Below the pieces are notes generated by a model, which worked only from the letters and a program-made list of their open reading frames with translations, did not search any database and was not told the DNA's origin. A DNA stretch of 64,000 bases, from contig NW_013546121.1 in the NCBI RefSeq assembly GCF_000760515.2, positions 1 through 64,000 of the forward strand, read 5' to 3'. The translations under genes were made by a program, and so were the position numbers. Source of the stretch: Mitosporidium daphniae (lineage: Eukaryota). Of the stretch, positions 50,246 through 63,767 are shown one piece after another (positions within the stretch are counted from its first letter, which is position 1; each line of letters opens with the position of its first letter).

Positions 50246-50665
50246 ATGGGAATCTTGAAAAAAGGTAGCTTGAACAGGGAGAGCCCTCATGATGCCAAAG
50301 ACGAGAAAGCCAAGCGGTAAGCCAGAGCGGGCTCACCAGTCAGTAGTTTCCAATGGGATGAAATCAATCTTGCTGAGAATGAGGCAGACCTTTCCGCTTA
50401 TTCGAGAATGCCTGTAGAGGAGCCAAAAACCCCATATAGGTCTCCCATCGGGGGCTACAGCTCTGAGGAGATCTATGTGTCCTCGGGGGCCGGCGACTTT
50501 GCATCTTCAAATCCAAGGTCTGATTGGGATGCTGTATCTGCTTCTTCTTCCTCCGACTGCTTGGAGGACCAATCGAGTTCTGGTATTTGGGGTTTCATTT
50601 CAATTTTAGAATTCGAAGAGAAAGGAGACCGCCATCCCGGCAAAAAACCAAACAGGCCCTTTTAA
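50246..50665 (+). CDS. Protein phosphatase 1 inhibitor-2 (Glc8-like)
   Basis: MGILKK (SILK motif), spliced FQWDEINL, MPVEEPKTPY; two introns. Confidence 0.85.
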
Positions 50666-51854
50666 CCGATGCCAGCCAGCAATGAGCGTTATAAACAGAG
50701 CCATTCTTTATTGGGTAAATCTGACGCCAATAAAAATGCAACCTTATGTTAATCGCAACGGAGGAGGGAATGCAAGTTAACCGTTGCACAATTAGGGAAA
50801 AGAAATTGGCCGAGATAGTCGGAATCTTTGTGCGGCCCTTTTATGGTGAAACATGTATAGCTTCAATGCTTTTGCTTGGATGTTTCTTTTTTGTCTCTAT
50901 TTCTATCTTTCTGGTGGGGATTTTTCAAATCCCCGATTGCGATCATTCGCAATAAATTGCCCTGTCAATCTCTTGGTCCCCTAACTCAAATAATAGACGT
51001 AATTGATCGCGGAATGCGATAAGGATTTTTCTTTACCCACAGAACAAGCTGCAACTTGATATTCTCACAAAGTACAGGTGGATCCTCATTTCTATCCGTC
51101 TCTTTTTTGTTATTTGTTGTTTCAGGCTGCACATCCTGTGTGCTTTGAGAATTTATCGATATTTTCAAGACCCCAAGTTTTCTAAAGAAATGCTGGCTAT
51201 TATATGCACATATTCAAGTATTTAATATGGCTGGTTTGCAGAAAAGCAACCCATGATGTCCACCTTCCTGGCGTATAAATTTTCTGGCCTTCATGGTCGA
51301 TTGCGTTTGTAATCGCAAAACTTTGCACCGAAAATGTCCCATCCATTCAAGAATCGTATTTATTTAAAATTTACCCCAATTCCACACCATCATGGTACAT
51401 TTTATGTTCCCAAAATATTTCACCACTTAAATAAATGCCAATTTTAATTTCAAAAAATATGCTTCAATGGGCTCGGATGCCGATCTTTTTACATGAGGTC
51501 GAAATTCTTTGCATCAGGCCTCCAAAAGGCCGAAGCAACGAAAACCCCCTTTCAAAATCATCTGTCCCGTCTTTTTAGGGGATTAAATGTGCAAACAAAA
51601 AAGCCGAAAATAGCATAGCTTATCACGTCAATTGCAGTCCTACCTTGGATTTTCATTTGTAAATTAACTTCCAGATACTGGCGCCCTATTAGAGCCTTCA
51701 AAACGAAGGTATTCGCCACATCATCTCTAGCCTTCCTTTTCGCACTCCGTTTCGTGTATTTCTGATACGGGGCGGATGCGCTTAACTTGCATACAATAGC
51801 CTGGCCTATTAACGCGATTCAATAAATGCAATCAATTTTACAAATTAAATTTAA

Positions 51855-52777
51855 ATGAAATCCGCTCTACTTGTGGGCGCATATGGAGCTTTAGGGCGTT
51901 CTTTGTATAAAACGCTTTTATCCAGCTCTTGGGTATCAATACCTAACTAAGCTTTCCAGAAAATCGTATCTATTGGGTTAAGCCATAATCGATCGACTTC
52001 ATCTTCAGACTCGGAAACCATATTTGTTCCGCCCTTGGACCCGGACAACATATTACTCCAGCCTTCGGATTCTCTTTCAAAACAGCGATCGCATGTACTT
52101 TGATCTATTTTATTTAGATCGACTCTGCCTTTCCGACGAACATAAAATTTGATGCTGTCTTTTGTGTTGCGGGTGGATTTTCCATCGGTAGCGTCAAAGA
52201 TCACTATGGCATGCATACCAACTGGGTTTACTTTGTAGATGACTTGTTTAGATCGATCGAGTCGATGTACGATGTTAATCTCAAAAGCTCGCTTCTGACC
52301 GCGACATTGGCTAGAGACTATCTGCAAGAGTATTTTAAACTCTTTTACGTTTAAGAGATGGGTTGGTCGTTTTTGTTGGTGCAACGGGAGCTTTAGCCCC
52401 ACTTCCAGGTTGGTCCACCCATTTGATTCATAGACGCGCTCGGGTATGGACTATCAAAAAATTCGGTTCATTATTTGGTGAAATGCTTATCCTCCGAAAC
52501 ATCCGGAATATGCTCAAATGCCAAGATCATTTGTGTTTTGCCGTACTTGATATTTTGCTTATTGGTAGCAAAATCCTGGATACCCCTGCCAATCGGCAAA
52601 GCATGCCAAAGGCCGATTTTAGCAATTGGACGTGTGTCGACGACCTATCAAGGTATTTTAAATCAGACTAACATAAGGATCTTGATGACCTTTTATCTGT
52701 CAAGATCTGAGCTTGAACGAGGTTCTTTCATAAATGTAGAAACATTGGGCAGCATTACCAAGTGGAATAAAATTTAA
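51855..52777 (+). CDS. QDPR: Dihydropteridine reductase (SDR family)
   Basis: GAYGALG, DAVFCVAGG, YGLSKNSVH, LPKILDTPANRQSMPKADFSNWT; six GT-AG introns plus a likely GC-AG intron 52209-52238. Confidence 0.9.
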
Positions 52778-52820
52778 GTCAAATTTTAAATAGACGTATT
52801 TTTCAGATCACTGTTTGCAT

Positions 52821-53306
52821 ATGATATCTCCTCTTTGTCCGGTCTGGGCGCCTTTTCTTGGCGCCTTGGGTCTTGCCATCGCTTTGACCTTCTGCGTGCT
52901 TGGTGCTGCATATGGAACTGCAAAAGCTGGCCAAAGTTTGATCCTTGCCAGCTTGACAAAACCCAATTTTAGCATGAAAAGTCTTATTCCTATCATCATG
53001 GTTGGTGTAGTTGCGCTTTACGGTCTTGCCGTTTCCGTGCTGATGTTGCAGGGCATCAAGCAAGACAGCTACTCGCTATTTTCGGGCTGCTTGCATCTTT
53101 CAGCAGGAATCTGCACAGGGCTAAGTGGCATTGCGTGTGGCTTTGCCATTGGCATTGTGGCCGACTCGGGCACGCGTGCATCCATGCAACAACCAAAACT
53201 TTTTGTACCCGTTCTACTTATATTGATTTTTGCCGAAGTTCTGGGTCTATATGGCCCCATTGTAGGAATGTTGCTCATCTTTAAGGCAAGCAACTCTGTT
53301 TGTTAG
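52821..53306 (+). CDS. V-ATPase 16-kDa proteolipid subunit c/c'
   Basis: LCPVWAPFLG, GAAYGTAK, KSLIPIIM, LILIFAEVLGLYG with the conserved Glu. Confidence 0.95.
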   Translation: MISPLCPVWAPFLGALGLAIALTFCVLGAAYGTAKAGQSLILASLTKPNFSMKSLIPIIMVGVVALYGLAVSVLMLQGIKQDSYSLFSGCLHLSAGICTGLSGIACGFAIGIVADSGTRASMQQPKLFVPVLLILIFAEVLGLYGPIVGMLLIFKASNSVC

Positions 53307-53397
53307 TCCCCAGTGATTTTTTCAAGTTTAATTCGTTCTGATTAAAATTTAATAATCAATTTAACAATTAATTCAATTCAACTTGGCCACATTTCCA

Positions 53398-56300
53398 ATG
53401 TCATCCATTGAGAAACTTTTGATTCGAGGAATCCGGTCGTATGATCCCCAGACACAGAATGTGATCGAGTTTTATACCCCGTTGACGATCATTGTTGGCC
53501 AAAATGGCGCGGGAAAAACTGTAAGCTCCAAGCACACTTGCACCCTTCCATTAGACCATTATTGAATGTTTAAAATTTGCCACAACTGGGGATCTCCCCC
53601 CCAATTCGAAGGGGGGAGCATTCGTGTACGATCCAAAGCTTGCACATGCAACAGAAGTAAAGGCTCAAGTGCGTTTGAAATTCAGAAATGTCAATAAACA
53701 GCCCATGATTGTGACAAGGTCTCTTCAACTGACACAGAAAAAAACAAAAACCGAAATGAAGACGCTGGAATCATTGTTGGTGATGAAAGACCCAATAAGT
53801 GGAGAGGTAGCTTTGCTTTTATTACAAGGTCTAGCAAATTTCTCTCAGCAGCCGATGTGCCGAGCTCGATACGGAAATGCCGAATCATTTGGGCGTCTCT
53901 CTCGCCATTTTGGACAATGTTATATTTTGCCATCAAGAAGAGGCGAGCTGGTACATTTTTTTGGCTTACTGACACCAATTAGGCCGTTGGCAGAGCCCTC
54001 GGTGCTGAAGAAAAAATTTGATGATATTTTCTCTGCAACAAAGTTCGTATCTTCAGCATTTACTGATTTGTCAACTAGATACTCGAAGGCACTAAATGAG
54101 CTCAAGGATATACGAAAGGAAATGCAGCAGGGACTAAAATTGGAGATCCAAAAGCTTGAGTTTCTTGCATCTGATGTCGACAAGGCGAATAAGGTTCAGC
54201 CAACCCTGCTATTACTAACATCAAGATCAAAATTTCGGTTCAGAATTTCAAGGATAAACTATCGCATTATTCTTGCAATGTTTCTTCGTTCGAAAGTAGC
54301 ATTACAAAATTATCTCTACTCATTGACGATGTAACGTCCAAAGGCAAAATCTCGCTCTCATTAGAACAATCGCTTGAAAAGAAAAAGAACCAACTGTCGG
54401 TTTTAGAGGAGGCCAGAAATGACCTTCTCTCCTCGATGAAAATCCTACAAGAGTCTGACAAAGAACTCGAGTCTTTTTTGAGCCTTCAAGTAAATGCCGT
54501 TAATTCTGCAGAAGCAGAACTTGAGGCGAATAGATCTGAAAAGGCCAATCTTTGCAAAGAAATCGAAGAAATAGAGAGGCAAAAAAAGACTGCTTCAAGT
54601 GAACTTTTACAGGCCACCAACGAACTACAGTTGCAACAATCCAGGATTGCAAAAATCCAGACCTTGATCTCATCCAATCTCGATCTGGATAAAGACGGGC
54701 TTACCTTTGCCAAGCTCAACTCTATTTTTTCGGAACTCCAGCACAAGGCAGAGGGGTTTGAAAAAGAGCTTTCACTGTTGACGGCAAAATACCATCAGGA
54801 AGAGAACGAACTAAAGATCAAAAGGCAAAGAATTAAAGACCAAATGCACAGTTTAACGGAAACAATTAAATCAAAGAAGCGAGAGCAATCCAATTGCCAT
54901 CTTCAAAAATCTTCCATTTTAAGCTCTCTTCAAGAATTGTCTTCAATATCCAGGGAGTTTATAGAGCAGCAAGAATTCCAATATCAAATGGAAAATGAAC
55001 TGTTGGCCAAAAAAAAGTCTACCTGTAGCCGTTTCCAATTTGAGGAAAAGCTTTCTCAATTGGAGAAGGAAAAATTACAGATTGAAGGGGAACTTTTGGA
55101 AAACCAGGATCTTCTTAAAGAGCTGAACAGGGCCTCTGAAGCGAATACAAAGATTTCCATTAAAAGAACTGATCTGCGAAGAAAGGAAATTGCATACAAG
55201 CAAGCGTTCAATTCTGTTTGCTCGTATTCCTCTCAGCATTTGGGAAATTCTCCTTCAGAGTCTATTGACGATATAATATCATACTGCGCACTTTCGTCGC
55301 ACGAATTGGACATCAAAAAGGGCGTAGTTTCCTCTAGTATTGAAGAGCTAGCCAAAGGAATCAACATCAACAAACTCAAATTGGAGTCGTTTCAGGCGCA
55401 ACTTGAAGAAGCCAACTCCAATTTGCTGAAAAACAGGCTGAAATCGGAGTCCTTTTTTGAGCTTGTAAAATGCAGTGGCTTGTTATCATCAAATGAATAC
55501 TTTGAACAGCAAACGTCTTTTCCTTTGGTTTTAAAAAAGCTGGACGCTCTTCATGTTGAGTTAACGAAGCGACTATCTTCTTCCAGGGAGTTGGAGAATA
55601 TTTACGGATCGTTTTTACAGGCCTCTCTTTGCACCTCAGAGTGTTCTTTGTGTTGTCGGCGCTTTTCTTGTGAACTGGAAAAAGAACGCTTTACATTGAA
55701 GCTTACAAATTTGATAGCAAATATTCCATCTGAAGTCAGGGTATATCAAGACCAATTGACAAAATTGGATGCGATTCATGTCAAGTCTCGTGAAATCCAA
55801 ACGCATTTGGACTACATACAAGATCTCGAGGGCGAGAGGATTCCCGCTTTGATCAAAAACATCGAAATCCACACTGGTCAAATTGAGGCGTTGAATTTGT
55901 CTCTTGAAAAAGCATCCAGCGAATTGAAATCGCTGGAAGAACTAGCGGGCAAATATGAGGGCTTGATGAAGCTCGTTGAAAGTGCAACGAAAATCCAAAA
56001 GGAAATCAAGCAAATTGAGCAGGAGATTTTGTTTATCGAAAAATCAGATAACATTGGCGTCAACTCTTCGCATTCGTTTGATTCGATTCAAGAAAAAACG
56101 GCCTCTCTTTTGCGAAAATCGACCATCATCAGGGGAGAGTCGGATGTCATAAGCAAAGATTATTCGACAAAGCTAAGCGATATACAAATGCTGGAGTTAC
56201 AACTGAAAGATAAATTTTCTGAACTGAACGTCCTGAAGTCGAAATTTGAACACAAATTGCGGCTAGAAAATCAGTTGGCCGAGCTAAGTAAGCTTGATTC

Positions 56301-57658
56301 TTCGCTGCAAGTTGAAATCCAATCCTCGCAAGCCTATTTGGACACTGAAAACCAAACTCTTTTGTCAGATATTCAGTCAAGATCCTGTGAAATCGCAAAT
56401 TCCTACAAAAACGACGAGTTGGCATTGAGAGAAGCCAGAAGATCCTTTTTAGCTTACTTCAATCCATTTTCGTTGATACTTTCAGAATGTTGTGAATGGG
56501 AAAACAGAAGAGGCATTGATTTCGTCACCTCGGAAGTGGTTTCTCTTCAGGACAAGATATCCCGGTTTTCTATCAAACAAGACGAGCTCAGGGAAACCAT
56601 TTCTCGGTTGGACGCTTTATTCCTTTCCTATTCCCAAAAGGCATCTGAGATAAGGAATATTGAAAGGAATGTTCGAGATAATATCAAATCCCGCTCCATG
56701 TCCAAGGCTATTTCTTTAAAGAGAGAGGAGCTTACCGGCCTGCTTAATGGATACTCTTCCGGATTACCTTATATTGAGTATAGACGTCAGGAGGAAGAGT
56801 TGAAAAGAGAGCATTCTGAGCTGCTTGTCAAGGTATCGATGGCACATTAAATTATAGAAAGCAGGGGTTGTTGGTGAAATCAAGCAAGTCGAATCGCATT
56901 TGCAAAGACTGGCAGCTGAACTCGATACCGATTATGGAGAAATCGAAAAGAAACACAAGTCCCAGTTTGTCAAGGTGAAGGTCACTGAGCTTGCCCTGGT
57001 TGATCTCGACCAATATGCCAAAGTGCTGGACTCGTAAGACTTTTCTTTCACGTAACCCATTGCTAGCGCTATTATGAAATACCATTCGTTGAAGATGGAG
57101 GAGATCAACAAAATCATTAGAGAGCTCTGGGTTTCCACATACCAGAGCTCCGACATAGATACCATTGAGATCCATTCTGATGCAGAAACTACTCGAGGAA
57201 ATCGCTCGTACAACTACAGGGTTGTCATGCTCAAAGGCGACACCGAGCTTGATATGCGCGGGAGGTCCTCTGCAGGCCAGAGGGTGCTAACTTCGATTAT
57301 CATCCGGCTGGCTCTTGCGGAGACATTTGGGCTGAATTGCGGCATTCTTGCTCTCGACGAGCCCACTACCAATTTAGACCGGTCAAATATTGAAAGCTTG
57401 GCAGAATCGCTTTCAAAGTACCGCATTTTGCTTTCCCCCATTTTAGCATCATTAAGGCGCGACGGAGACAGTTTAATTTCCAGCTTATCGTGATCACCCA
57501 CGATGAAGAGTTTGTGCAGCTATTGGGAAAATCCGAATTTACCGATTATTATTGGAGAGTTTCCAGGGATGAAAAGTACGGCGTACACATTGCTCATTTT
57601 TAGCCAAAATTCGGTCATCGAAAGGCAGTCCATCGTTGCCGGCACTTCCACACACTGA
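53398..57658 (+). CDS. RAD50: DNA repair ATPase Rad50
   Basis: [14 protein letters not shown], zinc hook [31 protein letters not shown]; about nine introns. Confidence 0.97.
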
Positions 57659-57842
57659 TACTAAATTAATAAAACACTGCATTCTCGTGTCGGGTCCAAC
57701 TGTGCAACACCGTTGTATGCTTGCAATCTCATACCTCTTTGGGGCGAGTTAGAAGAGTGCACCGCCTGCAGCGCTGTACGTGTACCGCCGCAAGCAGCTC
57801 ATTTTTGGTGGCGAAAGAAATCACATTTATTTATCGATGGGA

Positions 57843-59861
57843 TTAATTAAAATACTCATCTGTTTCTTCAAGAACCTCCTCAACCCACTCAGAGACGGTG
57901 GTCGATGCAGATAGCTCTTTTTTTGTGTTAAAGAGGTTGGGATCATTAAGGATATTACACCAGTCGGCTCTAGCAGCCTTTTTCCATGCAATCCAGTCGG
58001 CAACAAGATTTTGTTTGCTCTTTTCTTGATTTTGCTGAGTACTGACGATGTTTGCCTGATCTTCCTGGTCAAAGATAGCGGAATAAGATTTTAAATTCTT
58101 CTTGATGTCTTTGACCTTTTCAGGGCTAAGCAGGATTTTTGGTCTGGGTCTCCAAGAAAAGTTCTTCAAAACATCCATGGGCTGGCGACGCAAAGTCTGG
58201 CCTCTAAAGTCCCAAATTGTGTAATTGTTGTCGGACTTGCAAAGATAATGCAATTGAAAGGTTGCGAAAAACCTTCCCGAGGGATCCCATTCAGCATGGG
58301 TGGCATTAAAGTTTTCAATCGACGATAGCAATTCAAACTCTTCTTTATCGTTGATCGAGTAAAACTCCAACATTCCAGCCATGTTTTCGAGCCCACAGAA
58401 GACAAAAAACCGTCCCTTTGGATTCCAAAGAACAGACCCAATCGATCTCTTTTCAAATGACTTGATGAGCCCCATTTCGTACCGGGATGTGACGGTAAAA
58501 TCCTTGGATTTGAGGGGCTTTTTCATGTTGTAAAAATTGATGATAAGCTTTCCAGAGTCATTTTCAATCGTCGCAAATCGATCTCCAGTCATTTCCCACG
58601 AAAAAGAGGTCAGAAGCCCGTTGAGCTCCAGAAATTCCACAGAAACGTCCTTTTCGTTGAGACGAAAGATTTCAATCGAGCTGCTCTTTTTTCCCTTTGA
58701 CCGATCAACGGAAACCGCAAAGTATGTCGATTCAGCATGCCAATACAAGTTGCAATGGGATATGTTGAACAGGTTTTTGATACGCAGCAGCCTGAACGTT
58801 GGGATCTCCAAAACCGCAACTTTGGCCGGTGTATTTTCATACTCCATGCTCCAATAGGCAAGAAGGTTTTTAGAAGGCGAGAATGCAATGTCCACCACAG
58901 AAATGGCAGGAAGTCCCAAAGATTGGTTTCCCCCGTTGACGAAATTAAACGAGTCTGTGGAGTTCATCAAAAACACTTCGTTTTTGCCGACAAAGGCAGC
59001 ATATTTATCATCGTGTGACCATTTGACATTGGGCTCGCTCAAATTTTCAAACAAAAATGTTTTCACAAACATGCCGGTAGAAAGATCCCAAATCACCACG
59101 TTACTATTGAGGCCAGCAATCGGTTTGGCGCTATAAGTTACCATGAACTTGTCTGCTTTGGAAAACTCAACCGCAAACACCCCGGGGTGGGAAAACCGAT
59201 TTATGGGCTGGAATGTGGGCCCGCCTGAAATCATAATCCCTTGTTGGTGGAAAGAGGCCAGATAAATTCCAGTAGTTGACCATTGTAATCGATCCGAGAT
59301 GTTGGACTGTGAAAAAACACGCTCATCTTGGTGAGCACCTTCATTCCAGAAAATGGATATCGAATCGGAATGATGAGCAAGAAATTGATCCCTGGCTCGT
59401 TCATCACATAGCCATGACTTTAGGTGCCCCTTTTCGGTAAATGGCTCTGGTGTAAACTTGAATTCCGTGATGGGGGTTGACGCGATCGATGCAAGCTCCG
59501 AAAATGGAAGGACCAGAATGGTATGGTTCTTGTCTAACACTCTACCATGAAGCGCCTGCTGGACATTCTTGGCCTGAGTGGCGTCCTCTAGCTCGACAAA
59601 AAGAAAGCCTTTGCAATTTCCTGTTTCGGGATCTTTAGGAATATAAATGCCATTTTCACGAATTGTGCCAAAGGATCCGATCAGTTTGGTTTTAAGCAGA
59701 GTTATAAAAGCCTTTTCCTTTGCAGGCTCAAATTTCGGAATCTGGTCTAATAGCAAAATATGGTCTGTAGACAGATCAGGAGCGATCGAATACTCCTCCT
59801 CCAAATCTGTGAAATCTATTCCAAGCTCTTCAAGCGTAAACTGATTTCCCGGGCTGATCAT
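57843..59861 (-). CDS. PRT1: Translation initiation factor eIF3 subunit b
   Basis: N-terminal RRM (KGFLFVE..LDKNHT), beta-propeller, WDPSGRFF, FSWRPRP, IKKNLKSYS..F; intronless. Confidence 0.95.
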   Translation of the reverse strand: MISPGNQFTLEELGIDFTDLEEEYSIAPDLSTDHILLLDQIPKFEPAKEKAFITLLKTKLIGSFGTIRENGIYIPKDPETGNCKGFLFVELEDATQAKNVQQALHGRVLDKNHTILVLPFSELASIASTPITEFKFTPEPFTEKGHLKSWLCDERARDQFLAHHSDSISIFWNEGAHQDERVFSQSNISDRLQWSTTGIYLASFHQQGIMISGGPTFQPINRFSHPGVFAVEFSKADKFMVTYSAKPIAGLNSNVVIWDLSTGMFVKTFLFENLSEPNVKWSHDDKYAAFVGKNEVFLMNSTDSFNFVNGGNQSLGLPAISVVDIAFSPSKNLLAYWSMEYENTPAKVAVLEIPTFRLLRIKNLFNISHCNLYWHAESTYFAVSVDRSKGKKSSSIEIFRLNEKDVSVEFLELNGLLTSFSWEMTGDRFATIENDSGKLIINFYNMKKPLKSKDFTVTSRYEMGLIKSFEKRSIGSVLWNPKGRFFVFCGLENMAGMLEFYSINDKEEFELLSSIENFNATHAEWDPSGRFFATFQLHYLCKSDNNYTIWDFRGQTLRRQPMDVLKNFSWRPRPKILLSPEKVKDIKKNLKSYSAIFDQEDQANIVSTQQNQEKSKQNLVADWIAWKKAARADWCNILNDPNLFNTKKELSASTTVSEWVEEVLEETDEYFN

Positions 59862-60137
59862 ATCGAGGTGGGCGCAAAGAGATGGATTAAAAAAGAAAAA
59901 TTTATTAATATTCTTCTCTCCAACGTGTATCCGGGAGGGGAATGTTAATTTTTAATATTTTAATTTCCCTCTTTGTTAATAAACACTTCACACCATGCAA
60001 TTAACTCCAGAACATTAATAGGCTTTCTTAATTGCGCTACAAATGCCAACGAGCCCGCTATCAACGTGCAGCGGCCTGCTCACAGAGGGTCGCGATTTAT
60101 TACCAGATGAAGATTTTACACTAATTTAAATTTTCTA

Positions 60138-61153
60138 ATGTCTTCAGAAAGTGCACATAGCGATTCCAGATTTCTGAGCTTCTTCTCCTATCTTTCTTCA
60201 TGTATTTCTTCGTTGCAACAGCTAAAAAAGGAACTGAACTTGAAACAACCCGGCTCATTTGATAATCTTGGACGAGAGGCTAAAAGTACGCTTGGATCGT
60301 TTTTTATGTTTAGATGTTTCTCCGACGCATTTGTTATTCGAAGGTGGGAAGCTTGATTTGGGAAAAATACTAAGCAATCAATTCCAAGTTTCGCATTCTT
60401 TTAACCTTGCCGCGGGTACCCTTCCATCGACGTACCACTTTGGGACCGTTTTTGTCGGCAAATCGGTAGCCCATTTTAATTTGATTGTAGAATTTTCTCC
60501 AAGGCATGCTTGACAGCAATGGCGATTTGCAGGGAAAAGTGCAGCTCTCCATGAGCCAAAATCTGACGGCAAAGTGTCAATGTCAAATTTCTTCGCGTCC
60601 AGGATATTCGATGTTTCAGTCTGAATCTGAATACCTGGGCCGGGACTATACTCTCAATGCCAAGGCGATCAATTTTGACCCAACAAATCTAACTGGTGTC
60701 TTTTCGCTTGGATACTTGCAATCAGTCTCGAAAAATGGCGGCCTTGCGCTCGGGATTGAGGGCATCTTGCAGCGCCCTATGCCTGAGGTCGAAGATGCCG
60801 GCATGACGTTTATTGCCAAATACACCACAGACGCCAAATCTATCTTTGTAGCAAACATTCAGAATTTTATTGGAGTTCAGCTCTCGTATTTTCATCGCGT
60901 AAATGAAAGTATTGAATTTGCGGCAGATATGCAGACCATTCTTGCAGGGCCTCAAAGAGAGGCACTTGCAACCGTTTCTTGCAAAATGGAACATAGACAG
61001 GCCAGTGTCCGCGCATCACTTGATTCACAAGGGAAACTGGGTATGTTTCTTGAAGAGAGACTCTTTGGAAGACTTGCGCTTTTAATATCCGGTGAGATTG
61101 ATCATCTCAAAGGAAGAAACAAATTTGGAGTTGGGTTAGCCATTGAAAGCTGA
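60138..61153 (+). CDS. TOM40: Mitochondrial outer membrane import channel Tom40
   Basis: PGSFDNLGREAK, FQVSHSF, YLQSVS, EIDH..KFGVGL; two introns. Confidence 0.93.
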
Positions 61154-61277
61154 TCGAACGAGATCACGGTGCCACCTCAAATAAATTAAATTGAAAATTT
61201 GCCGTTTTAAGATTAGCCCAATGATGAACTTACTTTTTAACTAATCCTTTCATCGAGTCATCCTGTTCGTGGCATTT

Positions 61278-62049
61278 ATGGGTGTCGATCCGTTGAATAA
61301 GAGTCCTCTATACTCAACAGAATCAACCGCGTTCTCCAATGGCGGTGCATTCCCTTCCTTTGCAAAGACCTCTAATTCAGGCAGTGCCGGAAAACAGCTA
61401 CTTGACACGCGTATTGGAAAGATGAAGGGGGGAATCCAAATCCATAGGATTTGGGAAAACAATGACCCCTTGTTGGGCCTTTCCATAAACGAGAAAATCA
61501 GAGGAGTTGCAAATCGGATTTTGCATTCCGATTTCTACAAGAAATGGTACCTCTTTCTTACCCTTCTCTCGACACTGTGTCTTGTGTTGACTTTCATGTA
61601 CACTTGGTATGTTATAGCATTTTAATGCCGCAGCCCGACGAATTCGTTGTTTTGCCTTGAATTTTTTGTCTTTTTTTCCATGGCTATAGAAATCTCACTG
61701 CGGTGGATCGTCCAGGGACAGGTTTGCGTCTTTGTTTGATTGTAGATGTATCTCCATGCAATTTCAAATGTGTTTGATCTTGTGATGCTTGTGCTATGTG
61801 GCGCGCTAATATACCTTATGCATGGACCGTGCTCTGGAAAGACCAGTCTTGAAAGCGAGGTGGACTCCTTTCTGTTGCTTTCAAGGAACATATTCCAATT
61901 CATCCGGTTGTACTGCATGGTAAACAAGTAAGCCTTTTCAAATCGGTTTTCTTTCACGAACTAGGCATCGATTGAGCCTAAAGACCCGTCTTTCCATGAT
62001 CGATTTCACAGACATCGAGTCAAATGGGTACCGGAGGGCCTTTAGTTGA
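61278..62049 (+). CDS. Voltage-sensor-domain-only (Ion_trans) membrane protein
   Basis: Four TMs: ANRILHS, EISLR, NVFDLV, and S4-like RNIFQFIRL; three introns. Confidence 0.75.
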
Positions 62050-62074
62050 AATTTTTTAATTTAATAAATTTAAA

Positions 62075-63728
<1,654 letters not shown>

Positions 63729-63767
63729 AGGGAGGCTTTTAAATAAATTATTCAATCAGTCAGGATC

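Noticed and set aside
51517..51540. Minus-strand GCTTCGGCCTTTTGG resembles the U2 snRNA 5' end
   Set aside because: Not followed by AAGATCAAGTGTAGTA; no branch-site recognition sequence
59997..60085. Two hairpins followed by ACA in the eIF3b/TOM40 spacer
   Set aside because: No ANANNA H box between them and the hairpins are short; more likely promoter or UTR sequence
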